Under the pieces are notes generated by a model. The model was not told the DNA's origin. It made no database searches and saw only the letters and a program-made list of their open reading frames with translations. A stretch of 35,255 bases of DNA from Casimicrobiaceae bacterium (lineage in GTDB: Bacteria > Pseudomonadota > Gammaproteobacteria > Burkholderiales > Casimicrobiaceae): positions 1-35,255 of the forward strand of contig JBDTJK010000286.1 in NCBI GenBank assembly GCA_039935875.1. The letters are read 5' to 3'. Positions 16,340-25,562 of this stretch are shown piece after piece (position 1 is the first letter of the stretch; each line of letters opens with the position of its first letter). Made by a program: the position numbers and the translations under genes.

Positions 16340-17443
16340 ATGGCCGTGGCCCAAGCACAGGTAGCAGTGGAAAGAAAGAAGATGCGCACGCCGATCGAAA
16401 GCGGGTGCCCCGACGGCGTGCAGTACATGCATCCGCTGATGGTCAAGAACTTCGGCAACTGGAAATACCACGACCGCCCGCGACCAGGAGTGCTGCATCA
16501 CGTCGCCTACTCGGGCGACGAGATCTGGACGGTGCGCGTCGGCACGCAGCGCCAGCTCGGTCCCTACGAGATCAACCTGCTGTGCGACATCATCGACAAG
16601 TATGGCGAAGGCCATGTGCGATTCACCATCCGCTCGAACATGGAAGTCATGGTGTCCAGTTCCGACAAGGTCGGCCCGTTGATCCAGGCCTTCAACGACG
16701 CGGGTTACCCGGTCGGTGGCACCGGCAACTCGGTGACCATGATCTCGCATACGCAGGGATGGCTACACTGCGACATCCCCGCCACCGATGCCTCGGGCGT
16801 GGTGAAGTCGCTGATGGACGAACTCTACGAGGAGTTCATCAAGGAGGAGATGCCCAACCGCGTGCACATCACCACCTCCTGCTGCCAGATCAACTGTGGC
16901 GGACAGGGCGATATCGCGATCAACATCCAGCACACCAAGCCGCCGAAGATCAACCATGACCTCGTGGCCAACGTGTGCGAGCGCCCGTCGGTGGTTGCGC
17001 GCTGCCCGGTGGCGGCGATCCGGCCGGCGATCGTGAACGGCAAGCCGTCGCTCGAAGTGGACGAGAAAAAATGCATCTGCTGCGGCGCGTGCTATCCCCC
17101 CTGCCCGCCGATGCAGATCAACGATCCGGAGCACTCAAAGCTCGCCATCTGGGTGGGCGGGAAGAACTCGAACGCGCGCTCCAAGCCGATGTTCCAGAAG
17201 CTGGTCGCGGCCGGCCTGCCCAACAACCCGCCGCGCTGGCCCGAAGTCGCCGCAGTGGTGAAGAAAATCCTCTACACCTACAAGAAGGACGCGCGCGACT
17301 GGGAGCGGGTCGGCGACTGGGTGGAGCGCATCGGCTGGCCGCGGTTTTTTGAAATGACCGGACTGCCGTTCACCAAGTTCCACATCGACAACTGGCGCGG
17401 CTCGCGTAACAGCCTCAACGCGTCGGCGCACATTCGCTTCTGA
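16340..17443 (+). CDS. dsrB: Dissimilatory sulfite reductase beta subunit
   Basis: HTQGWLHCDIP, CCQINCG, CICCGACYPPCP, NNPPRWPE and ERIGWPRFF motifs. Confidence 0.98.
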   Translation: MAVAQAQVAVERKKMRTPIESGCPDGVQYMHPLMVKNFGNWKYHDRPRPGVLHHVAYSGDEIWTVRVGTQRQLGPYEINLLCDIIDKYGEGHVRFTIRSNMEVMVSSSDKVGPLIQAFNDAGYPVGGTGNSVTMISHTQGWLHCDIPATDASGVVKSLMDELYEEFIKEEMPNRVHITTSCCQINCGGQGDIAINIQHTKPPKINHDLVANVCERPSVVARCPVAAIRPAIVNGKPSLEVDEKKCICCGACYPPCPPMQINDPEHSKLAIWVGGKNSNARSKPMFQKLVAAGLPNNPPRWPEVAAVVKKILYTYKKDARDWERVGDWVERIGWPRFFEMTGLPFTKFHIDNWRGSRNSLNASAHIRF

Positions 17444-17457
17444 GCCCCGGGCGCGGC

Positions 17458-17850
17458 ATGAAACTCGGCGTTCTGGTCAACGAGGGCCCGTACACCCACC
17501 AAGCCTCGGACACTGCCTATCAGTTCACCAAGGCCGCCTTGGCGATGGGTCACGAGATCTATCGCGTGTTCTTCTATCACGACGGCGTGAATAACGGGAC
17601 GCGCCTCACCGTTCCGCCCCAGGACGACCGCAACATCGTCAAGCGCTGGAGCGAGCTCGCCGCGCAGCACAAGCTCGACCTGGTGCTGTGCGTCGCCGCC
17701 GCGCAGCGGCGCGGATTGCTGGACGCGAGCGAAGCCAAGCGCAATGGCAAGGACGCCGACAACATCGCACCCGGTTTCCGCATCTCGGGCCTGGGCCAGC
17801 TTATCGAGGCCGGTATCCAGGCCGATCGCCTCGTGGTCTTCGGCGGTTGA
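17458..17850 (+). CDS. dsrE: Sulfurtransferase complex subunit DsrE
   Basis: NEGPYTHQASD, FFYHDGV, CVAAAQRRG (active Cys) and ISGLGQL motifs. Confidence 0.96.
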   Translation: MKLGVLVNEGPYTHQASDTAYQFTKAALAMGHEIYRVFFYHDGVNNGTRLTVPPQDDRNIVKRWSELAAQHKLDLVLCVAAAQRRGLLDASEAKRNGKDADNIAPGFRISGLGQLIEAGIQADRLVVFGG

Positions 17851-17873
17851 CGCGGTATTCAAGGGAAAAGGGA

Positions 17874-18257
17874 ATGGACGCAGAGAACGCAGAATGCGTT
17901 GCGAAGAAATTCCTCTATGTGAACCGCAAAGCGCCCTACGGAACGATCTACGCGCTCGAGTCGCTCGAAGTGGTGCTGATCGGAGCGGCGTTCGACCAGA
18001 ACGTGAGCGTCGCGTTCCTGGGTGACGGGGTCTACCAACTGGTGAAGGGTGAGGACACCAAGGGCGTGGAAATGAAGAACTTCTCACCGACCTACGGAGC
18101 GCTGGACGACTACGACGTCAACCAGCTCTATGTGGAGCAGGAGGCGATGCAGGCGCGGGGCCTGGTCGAGGCCGACCTGGTGGTGCCCGTCGAGATGGTC
18201 AGTGCCGAGCGAATGGCCGAGATCATGGAAAGCCAGGACGTGATCTTGAGCTTCTGA
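17874..18257 (+). CDS. dsrF: DsrF
   Basis: KKFLYVNRKAPYGTIYALESLEVVLIGAAFDQ and DGVYQL motifs; start trimmed to ATG 17874. Confidence 0.95.
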   Translation: MDAENAECVAKKFLYVNRKAPYGTIYALESLEVVLIGAAFDQNVSVAFLGDGVYQLVKGEDTKGVEMKNFSPTYGALDDYDVNQLYVEQEAMQARGLVEADLVVPVEMVSAERMAEIMESQDVILSF

Positions 18258-18268
18258 GGACGACAACG

Positions 18269-18574
18269 ATGACGATTTTGCATACGGTCAACAAGTCGCC
18301 TTTCGACAATGGCACCCTTCGCTGCTGCCTCAAGTTCGCCCGGCAGGGCAGCGCGGTGCTGCTGATCGAGGACGGCGTGTACGCGGCGGCGCAGGGCACC
18401 GCAGTGGCGAAAGACGTGCAGACGGCGATGGGCAGCGTGGCGATCTATGCGCTCCGACCCGATATCGAGGCGCGGGGCATGCAGAACCGGGTGATGGACG
18501 GCGTTCGCCTGGTCGACTACGAGGGCTTCGTGGATCTCGTGGTGGAGCACAGCGCCGTGCAATCCTGGATTTGA
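18269..18574 (+). CDS. dsrH: DsrH
   Basis: ILHTVNKSPF, LLIEDGVY, ARG and VDYEGFVDL motifs. Confidence 0.96.
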   Translation: MTILHTVNKSPFDNGTLRCCLKFARQGSAVLLIEDGVYAAAQGTAVAKDVQTAMGSVAIYALRPDIEARGMQNRVMDGVRLVDYEGFVDLVVEHSAVQSWI

Positions 18575-18604
18575 ATCCGATTAGAAACCAAGGGAACAAG
18601 CGCC

Positions 18605-18937
18605 ATGACGATCGAAGTGAACGGCCAGACCATTGAAACCGACGAGGAAGGCTATCTCGCGAACCGTGCCGACTGGAGCGAGGACGTTGCGAAGGAAATG
18701 GCGCGACTCGAGGACTGCGACCTCACCGAAAGCCATTGGGAAGTGATCAATTTCCTGCGCGAATACTATGAGCAGTACCAGATTGCGCCCGCGGTGCGGG
18801 TGCTGACCAAGGCGATCGGCAAGAAGCTGGGCGCCGACAAGGGCAACAGCAAGTACCTGTACGTGCTCTACCCCTACGGCCCCGCCAAGCAGGCCTGCAA
18901 GTATGCGGGACTGCCCAAGCCGACCGGCTGCGTCTAG
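18605..18937 (+). CDS. dsrC: DsrC with both C-terminal cysteines
   Basis: ETDEEGYL...YPYGPAKQACKYAGLPKPTGCV. Confidence 0.97.
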   Translation: MTIEVNGQTIETDEEGYLANRADWSEDVAKEMARLEDCDLTESHWEVINFLREYYEQYQIAPAVRVLTKAIGKKLGADKGNSKYLYVLYPYGPAKQACKYAGLPKPTGCV

Positions 18938-18964
18938 AGTGAGCCGCGACGCGCGGAGGCCCGG

Positions 18965-19714
18965 TTGTCCGCATTGACGATCGTCTACGCGCTGCTCTTC
19001 TATTTTGCCGTCGCGGTGCTGGTCGGCGGCGTGGCCAGGAAATGCTGGGTGTATGCGCGCACGCCGCAGCCGCTGAAGATCCCGATTCCGCCGGCGCCGA
19101 CCACGCGCCGCGGCGTTGCATTGCGCATGCTGATGGAGGTGACATTGTTCCGGAGCCTGTTCCGCTCCAACAAGTGGATCTGGCTCTTCGGCTGGATCTT
19201 TCATGTCGCGCTGCTGGTGGTGCTCCTGCGCCACCTGCGCTATTTCACCGAGCCAGTATGGCACTGGGTTGCGCTTGTCCAGCCATTCGGTGTCTACGCG
19301 GGATTCGTGATGATCGTCGGGCTGGCGGGATTGTGGGCACGGCGGTTTCTGGTGGACCGTGTTCGCTACATCAGCGCTCCGTCCGACCACCTGATGCTGG
19401 CATTGCTTATCGCCATCGCGGCGAGCGGCCTTGCCATGAAGTACTTCGTGCATACCGACATCGTCTCGCTCAAGGCATTCGTCCTCGGGCTGATGGTGTT
19501 CGACTGGCAGGAGCTTCCGGCCGACCCGGCACTCCTGGTCCATCTGGCGCTGGTCGCAACGCTGATGATCGTTTTCCCGCTGTCCAAGCTGATGCACGCG
19601 CCGGGCGTGTTCTTCAGCCCGAGCCTCAACCAGGTGGACGACGCGCGGGAGCGACGGCACGCGGCAGGCTGGTCGGCGCGGATCGTCCGCGCGCAACCAC
19701 CGGCGCCGAACTGA
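18965..19714 (+). CDS. dsrM: DsrM, NarI-like membrane cytochrome b
   Basis: TTG start after GGAGG; LFRSLF, GWIFH...LRHLRYF, RVRYIS..SD and H...FP.SKLMH motifs. Confidence 0.95.
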   Translation: MSALTIVYALLFYFAVAVLVGGVARKCWVYARTPQPLKIPIPPAPTTRRGVALRMLMEVTLFRSLFRSNKWIWLFGWIFHVALLVVLLRHLRYFTEPVWHWVALVQPFGVYAGFVMIVGLAGLWARRFLVDRVRYISAPSDHLMLALLIAIAASGLAMKYFVHTDIVSLKAFVLGLMVFDWQELPADPALLVHLALVATLMIVFPLSKLMHAPGVFFSPSLNQVDDARERRHAAGWSARIVRAQPPAPN

Positions 19715-19715
19715 C

Positions 19716-21206
19716 ATGGCGACGTTCGACACTCCGCCGCTCGGCAAGTATCCGGTGATTCCGCTGTTGCGCGAAGGTGTGATGGCGCACAGCAAGCCTT
19801 TCGTGGCCAAGCCCGAGATCCAGAAGGCGATCGGCTTCCCCGGCGAACTGGTGCCGGACTGGGAGCAGGTCGCGGTGAAGCGCCTGGGCGAACTGGTCTC
19901 GCAGTCGCGCGCGCTGCAGGTGTTTCTCGACACCTGCGTCAAGTGCGGCGCCTGCACGGACAAGTGCCATTACTACCTTGGAACCTCGGACCCCAAGAAC
20001 ATGCCGGTGGCGCGCCAGGACCTGTTGCGCTCGGTTTACCGCCGGTACTACACCTTCGCGGGCAAGCATTTTCCGAGGCTCGTGGGCGCGCGCGACATGA
20101 CTCGCACGGTCCTGGACGAGTGGTACAGTTACTTCCACCAGTGCTCGCAGTGCCGGCGCTGCGCGGTGTTCTGTCCCTACGGCATCGACACTGCCGAGAT
20201 CTCGATGGCGGCGCGCGACATCATGGACAGCGTCGGCGTGGGCCAGAAGTACAGCAACGAGATCATCGGCAAGGTGCACAAGATTGGCAACAACCTGGGC
20301 CTTCCCGAGCCTGCGCTGCGCGACACGCTCGATGGCCTGGAAGAGGATGTCAAGGAAGAGACCGGCGTGGATGTCAAGTTCCCGCTTGACGTCAAGGGCG
20401 CCGAGGTGCTGCTGATCACGCCGAGTGCGGATTTTTTCGCCGAGCCTCACATCGACGGCCTGATTGGATACGCCAAGGTATTCCACGCCGCGGGCATCTC
20501 ATGGACGCTTTCATCGCACGCGTCGGAAGCCGCGAACTTCTCTCTTTTCATCGGCAATCACGACAACCTGCAGAAGGTGGCTGAGCGCATCCGCGACGCG
20601 GCGCTCGATCTCGGCGTGAAGAGGATCGTCGTGGGCGAATGCGGCCACGCGTGGCGCGTCGCCTACAGTTTCTGGAACACCCTCATCGGGCCGTTCGACT
20701 TCCTCGATCCGCGCTATCCGGCGCCGCAGCATATCTGCGAACTCACCCTTGATCTGATCAGCCGCGGCGCGCTGACGCTCGACAAGAGCGCCAACGACGA
20801 CAAGGTCGTCACCTTCCACGATTCCTGCAACGTGTCGCGCGCGTCGCGCATGGGCGACGTGCCCGGTGGACAGTTCCGGATCCCGCGCGAGATCATCCGC
20901 GCCTGCGTCAACAAGTTCGTCGATATGGCCCCCGAGACCATCGGCGAAACCACCTTCTGCTGTGGCGGCGGCGGCGGTCTGCTCACCGATGACCTGATCG
21001 AGCTGCGCGTCAAGGGCGCGCTGCCGCGCATGCAGGCGCTGCAGCAGGTGGTGGAAGACCACGGGGTCAACTACATGGCCGCGATCTGCGCCATCTGCAA
21101 GAGCCAGTTCACCAAGGTTCTGCCCTACTACAAGCACCCGATGGACATGATCGGCAGCGTGCACGGACTCGTGAGCAAGGCGATCGTGCTGGAGCCGAAG
21201 CAATGA
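19716..21206 (+). CDS. dsrK: DsrK, HdrD-like Fe-S protein
   Basis: CVKCGACTDKC, CSQCRRCAVFCP, GECGH, HDSCN, CCGGGGG and CAICK motifs. Confidence 0.97.
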   Translation: MATFDTPPLGKYPVIPLLREGVMAHSKPFVAKPEIQKAIGFPGELVPDWEQVAVKRLGELVSQSRALQVFLDTCVKCGACTDKCHYYLGTSDPKNMPVARQDLLRSVYRRYYTFAGKHFPRLVGARDMTRTVLDEWYSYFHQCSQCRRCAVFCPYGIDTAEISMAARDIMDSVGVGQKYSNEIIGKVHKIGNNLGLPEPALRDTLDGLEEDVKEETGVDVKFPLDVKGAEVLLITPSADFFAEPHIDGLIGYAKVFHAAGISWTLSSHASEAANFSLFIGNHDNLQKVAERIRDAALDLGVKRIVVGECGHAWRVAYSFWNTLIGPFDFLDPRYPAPQHICELTLDLISRGALTLDKSANDDKVVTFHDSCNVSRASRMGDVPGGQFRIPREIIRACVNKFVDMAPETIGETTFCCGGGGGLLTDDLIELRVKGALPRMQALQQVVEDHGVNYMAAICAICKSQFTKVLPYYKHPMDMIGSVHGLVSKAIVLEPKQ

Positions 21207-21228
21207 TCCGCATCGATTGGAGATAGCC

Positions 21229-23229
21229 ATGCCAGCGCCAACAGGCAAACCCCCGGAAAAGAGCGGACACACGGTTCGCAAGTTCAAGGACGGTGACCAC
21301 GAGTGGGGGTCGGCTCAGGACATGATCTTCAGCGCCGACGAGACCGACAAGTGCCCGACCTATGTTCACACGACGCCGCCCTGCCAGGCGAGCTGTCCCT
21401 CCGGCGAGGATATCCGCGGCTGGCTCAATATCGTGCGCGGGGTGGAGAAGCCGCCCAAGGACACGAGCATGCAGGAGTACGCGTTCCGGCGCGTGGCGGC
21501 GGCCAATCCGTTTCCGTCGATGATGGGGCGGGTATGCCCGGCGCCGTGCCAGGCGGGCTGCAACCGCAACGAGGTGGACGACACCGTCGGCATCAACGCG
21601 GTCGAGCAGTACATCGGCGACTACGCGCTGGAAAAGAGCTTTGCGTTCGAGGCGGGGCCGGAAACCGGCAAGCGTGTCGCGATCGTGGGCGGCGGACCGG
21701 CCGGGCTCTCGGCCGCGTATCAGCTGCGCTGCAAGGGGCACGCCGTCACGCTGTTCGACGATCACGCTGAACTCGGGGGCATGGCCAAGTATGGCGTCCC
21801 CGGGTATCGGCTGCCGCGCACGCACCTGGATGGCGAGATCAACCGCATCATCGCCATGGGGGTCGAGCTCCGCATGAACACCCGCGTTGGTCGCGACACC
21901 GCGTTGAGCGAGCTGGAAACAGGTTACGACGCGGTGCTGCTCACGATCGGATGCAAGGCGGGCCGTGGCCTGCCGGTGCCGGGGGCCGACGCGCCCAACT
22001 GCATAAGCGGTGTTGCGTTCCTGGAGGCGTTCAACCAGGGTCGCCTCAAATCCGTCGCCGGGCGAGTGGTGGTGGTCGGCGGTGGTGATACCTCGGTTGA
22101 CGTCGTTTCGGTAGCGCGTCGTTTGGGCTATGCCAAGGATCTGAAGGAAACTGAGCGTCCGGAATTCGTGGTACTTGGACACACCGCGCACGATGTCTCC
22201 GCCATGGCCGCGCGCGAAGGCGCCGATGTCACTCTGATCACGATGCAGCCGATCGAGCAAATGAACGCGGCCAAGCACGAGATCGAGGACGCGCAACGCG
22301 AAGGCGTCAGCATCCGCGGCAAACTGCTGCCGGTCAAGGTCCTGCTGGACGAGAAGACCGGGCGTGCCAGGGCGCTGCGGGTGATCGAACTGGATTATTC
22401 GAGCGGTAAGCCAGTCGAGAAGCCGGGCACCGAGATGGATCTCGACGCGGATCTCATCGTATCCGCCATCGGCCAGTCCGGCGATCTCGAAGGCATGGCC
22501 GACCTGGACAACGGCCGTGGCCTGATCGCGGCCGACAAGTTCTATCAGGTGCCGAATCGCCGGGGCCTGTTCGCCTGCGGCGATATCATCCGCCCGCATT
22601 TGCTCACCACCGTCATCGGTCAGGGATCAATTGCGGCTGACAGCATCGACCAGTATCTCCAACACAGGGAAATGGTCAAAAGACCGAAGGTCGACGTGCA
22701 CCATTTCAATCTTCTGGACAAGCTGCGCGAGGTGAATCTCGAGCCCGAGGCGTTCGCGCCGCTCGATGACCGCGCGCTGCGCGAGATCGACCGCGGAGTG
22801 CGCGGCACCTCGCTCGTTGGCAAGTCGGTGGGCGGCATCGCCGTCCACAACTACGAGGATCGCAGCGCGTCGGCAGTGTGCAAGTCCGAATCACTCTTCC
22901 TCGGGCATTTTCCGCTGCTGGAACGCAACAAGCGCACCGAGATCGGGCCGTCCGCCGAAGAGGTCCTGGGGCACTTTGCGGAACGCATGGTCGGCTATAC
23001 CGACAAGCAGGCGGTCGACGAGGCGAAGCGCTGCATGAGCTGCGGCATGTGCTTCGAGTGCGATAACTGCGTCATCTACTGTCCGCAGATCGCGGTCAAG
23101 CGCACGCCCAAGGCGGAGGCCACGATGGGCCGTTACGTCTACACGGATTACGACCTGTGCATCGGCTGCCATATCTGCGCCGACGTCTGCCCCACCGGCT
23201 ACATCAAGATGGGCATGGGCGACCACTGA
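21229..23229 (+). CDS. dsrL: DsrL NAD(H):acceptor Fe-S flavoprotein (DsrL-1-like)
   Basis: PPCQASCP, GRVCPAPC, GGGPAG, GGGDT without a downstream YRR, RCMSCGMCFECDNC and CIGCHICADVCP motifs. Confidence 0.96.
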   Translation: MPAPTGKPPEKSGHTVRKFKDGDHEWGSAQDMIFSADETDKCPTYVHTTPPCQASCPSGEDIRGWLNIVRGVEKPPKDTSMQEYAFRRVAAANPFPSMMGRVCPAPCQAGCNRNEVDDTVGINAVEQYIGDYALEKSFAFEAGPETGKRVAIVGGGPAGLSAAYQLRCKGHAVTLFDDHAELGGMAKYGVPGYRLPRTHLDGEINRIIAMGVELRMNTRVGRDTALSELETGYDAVLLTIGCKAGRGLPVPGADAPNCISGVAFLEAFNQGRLKSVAGRVVVVGGGDTSVDVVSVARRLGYAKDLKETERPEFVVLGHTAHDVSAMAAREGADVTLITMQPIEQMNAAKHEIEDAQREGVSIRGKLLPVKVLLDEKTGRARALRVIELDYSSGKPVEKPGTEMDLDADLIVSAIGQSGDLEGMADLDNGRGLIAADKFYQVPNRRGLFACGDIIRPHLLTTVIGQGSIAADSIDQYLQHREMVKRPKVDVHHFNLLDKLREVNLEPEAFAPLDDRALREIDRGVRGTSLVGKSVGGIAVHNYEDRSASAVCKSESLFLGHFPLLERNKRTEIGPSAEEVLGHFAERMVGYTDKQAVDEAKRCMSCGMCFECDNCVIYCPQIAVKRTPKAEATMGRYVYTDYDLCIGCHICADVCPTGYIKMGMGDH

Positions 23230-23245
23230 CGATGGGTGACGGGGA

Positions 23246-23632
23246 ATGATGCGACTCGTCATCGGAGTCCTGGCTGCTGCGCTCGCGGTTGTCGCGCATT
23301 CCGACGCGGGCATGCCGCGACTGTCACGAGTCCCCGAGCCGGAGATCAAGATCGAGCGAGGCGACGCCTGTGTCGCGCCGACCGCGGAAATGCGCCGTGA
23401 CCACATGCAGATGCTCTATCATCAGCGTGACAGGACCGTCCGCTACGGCTTGCGCGAATCCCGCTTCAGCCTCAAGAACTGTGTCAACTGCCACGCCAGC
23501 AGGGAGACCGGCAGCGTGCTCGGCAACGACGGATTCTGTGCGAGCTGTCACGCCTACGCGTCAGTGAAGATCGATTGTTTCGAGTGCCATTCTCCGCTGC
23601 GCCAGAGCAAGGTCGCCGGGGCGCCCCGATGA
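23246..23632 (+). CDS. dsrJ: DsrJ triheme cytochrome c
   Basis: N-terminal signal/anchor, CV....EMRRDHM and three CxxCH motifs (CVNCH, CASCH, CFECH). Confidence 0.95.
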   Translation: MMRLVIGVLAAALAVVAHSDAGMPRLSRVPEPEIKIERGDACVAPTAEMRRDHMQMLYHQRDRTVRYGLRESRFSLKNCVNCHASRETGSVLGNDGFCASCHAYASVKIDCFECHSPLRQSKVAGAPR

Positions 23633-24354
23633 CCATTGAGCGCCGGCAGTTCCTGACCTGGGGCGCCGCCGCTGTCGCCATCTCCGCGCTCGCCCCGGGA
23701 TTCAGGCTGGTCGAGCTCGCGCTGGCGCGATCGCCGCAGGAAGCCGCGTCGGCGCTGCAGCGCTGGGGAATGCTGATTGACATCACCAGGTGCGTCGATT
23801 GCGACGTCTGCGTGACCGCCTGCCACGACGAGAACGCCTTGTCTGGCCACGGTCGTCCGGCGACGGACCCCCAATGGATTCGCAAGGTGGATCTGCACGA
23901 CAAGCGCACCGGCCATGCGCAGACGCTGCCGCTCATGTGCCAGCACTGCGAGGATCCGCCTTGTGTCGACGTGTGTCCGACCGGCGCCTCGTTCCGGCGT
24001 GCCGACGGCATCGTGCTGGTCGACAAGCACACCTGCATCGGCTGCCGCTACTGTGTCCTGGCCTGCCCGTATGGCGCGCGTTCCTTCGTCCACGAGACGA
24101 CAAGCGGCCAGAAGGCCGACGTGCCGCGCGGCAAGGGCACGGCGGAGTCCTGCACGTTTTGCGTGCAGCGTGTGGATCGCGACGAGACGCCCGCCTGCGT
24201 GGAGGCGTGCAACCGCGACGGCGGCAAAGCGATGGCCTTCGGCGACCTCAACGACCCGTCGACGGAGATCTACCGCCGGCTGCGCGCGGCGCCATCGAGC
24301 CAGATCCGCGCCGACCTGGCGCTCGACACCGGCGTGCGCTACCAGGGCTTGTGA
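23629..24354 (+). CDS. dsrO: DsrO periplasmic Fe-S protein
   Basis: ATGA overlap with dsrJ; Tat signal ERRQFL; CVDCDVCVTAC, CQHCEDPPCVDVCP, CIGCRYCVLACP and CTFC motifs. Confidence 0.95.
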   Translation: MTIERRQFLTWGAAAVAISALAPGFRLVELALARSPQEAASALQRWGMLIDITRCVDCDVCVTACHDENALSGHGRPATDPQWIRKVDLHDKRTGHAQTLPLMCQHCEDPPCVDVCPTGASFRRADGIVLVDKHTCIGCRYCVLACPYGARSFVHETTSGQKADVPRGKGTAESCTFCVQRVDRDETPACVEACNRDGGKAMAFGDLNDPSTEIYRRLRAAPSSQIRADLALDTGVRYQGL

Positions 24355-24356
24355 CC

Positions 24357-25562
24357 ATGGCAAGCGTCCAGTACCGGGAGCTCGCCTGCCGCAACGGCGC
24401 TTATTACGTGCTGCTCGGAGTGCTCGGCGCGCTGGTCGCAGCCGGGCTCGGCGCGGCCTGGGCCATGGAGCACCAGGGTCATTACATCACCGGCATGAGC
24501 AACCGCATCGTATGGGGGACGCCGCACGTGTTCGCGGTGTTCCTGATCGTCGCCGCGTCGGGCGCTCTCAACGTCGCTTCGATCGCGTCGGTCTTCGGGC
24601 GGGACTTCTACAAGCCGCTGGCGCGGCTCTCCGGTTTGCTCGCAATGACGCTGCTGGCCGGGGGCCTCGCGGTTCTGGTGCTCGACCTCGGGCGACCCGA
24701 CCGCCTGATCGTCGCGATGACCCACTACAACTTCAAGTCGATCTTCGCCTGGAACATCTTTCTCTACACGGGATTTTTCGCCGTCGTGGCGCTCTACCTG
24801 TGGACGATGTTCGAGCGCCGCATGAACGGCTACAGCAGCCGCGCAGGTCTGTTCGCATTCTTCTGGCGCCTGGTCCTCACCACGGGCACCGGGTTGATCT
24901 TCGGGTTGCTGGTGGCACGCGAGGCTTACTACGGCGCACTGCTGCCGCCGCTGTTCATCAGCATGTCGTTTTCCTTCGGGCTGGCGGTGTTCTTGCTCGT
25001 GCTGATGGCCGCCTGCCGGCTCGGGGGCCGCGAACTGGGCGCAGTGCCGCTGCAGCGACTCGGAAGATTGCTTGGCGTGTTCGTGGCCGCGGTCATGTAT
25101 TTCGTCGCGCTGTATCACCTCGTCAACGTGTACGTCGCGCGCCAGCACGACCTCGAGCGCTTTCTTCTCCTGGATGGCGGCGTGTATACGGTGCTGTTCT
25201 GGCTCGGGCAGATCCTCGTCGGCAGCATCGTCCCGCTCGCGCTGCTGTTCAGCCGCAAGTGGGGCCGATCCCCGCGTGCCATCGCGGTCGCGTCGCTCTG
25301 CGTGATCGCGGGCGGCCTGACGCAGCTGTACGTGATCATCATCGGCGGTCAGGCGTATCCGCAGCAGATGTTCCCGGGCAAGGAAGTGACGAGCCGCGCA
25401 TTCGACGGCGTGGTCGCGGCTTACGCTCCGAGCCTGCCGGAAATCGCGCTCGGCGTCGGGGGCGTGGCGCTGGCGCTGGCGCTGACCGTCGTGGCGCTGC
25501 GGGTGCTCCCCTTCCTGCCGCTGAATCTTGCGGACGCCGACGTCCAGCCGACCGCAGGATGA
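24357..25562 (+). CDS. dsrP: DsrP NrfD-type membrane protein
   Basis: GHYITGM.N.IVWG.PHVFAVFLIVAASGALN and LDLGRPDRL motifs; about 10 transmembrane segments. Confidence 0.95.
   Translation: MASVQYRELACRNGAYYVLLGVLGALVAAGLGAAWAMEHQGHYITGMSNRIVWGTPHVFAVFLIVAASGALNVASIASVFGRDFYKPLARLSGLLAMTLLAGGLAVLVLDLGRPDRLIVAMTHYNFKSIFAWNIFLYTGFFAVVALYLWTMFERRMNGYSSRAGLFAFFWRLVLTTGTGLIFGLLVAREAYYGALLPPLFISMSFSFGLAVFLLVLMAACRLGGRELGAVPLQRLGRLLGVFVAAVMYFVALYHLVNVYVARQHDLERFLLLDGGVYTVLFWLGQILVGSIVPLALLFSRKWGRSPRAIAVASLCVIAGGLTQLYVIIIGGQAYPQQMFPGKEVTSRAFDGVVAAYAPSLPEIALGVGGVALALALTVVALRVLPFLPLNLADADVQPTAG

Noticed and set aside
15031-17443. Sulfate/sulfite-reducing (reductive) Dsr
   Set aside because: No dsrD after dsrB; dsrEFH, DsrL-1-type dsrL and dsrR indicate the oxidative direction.
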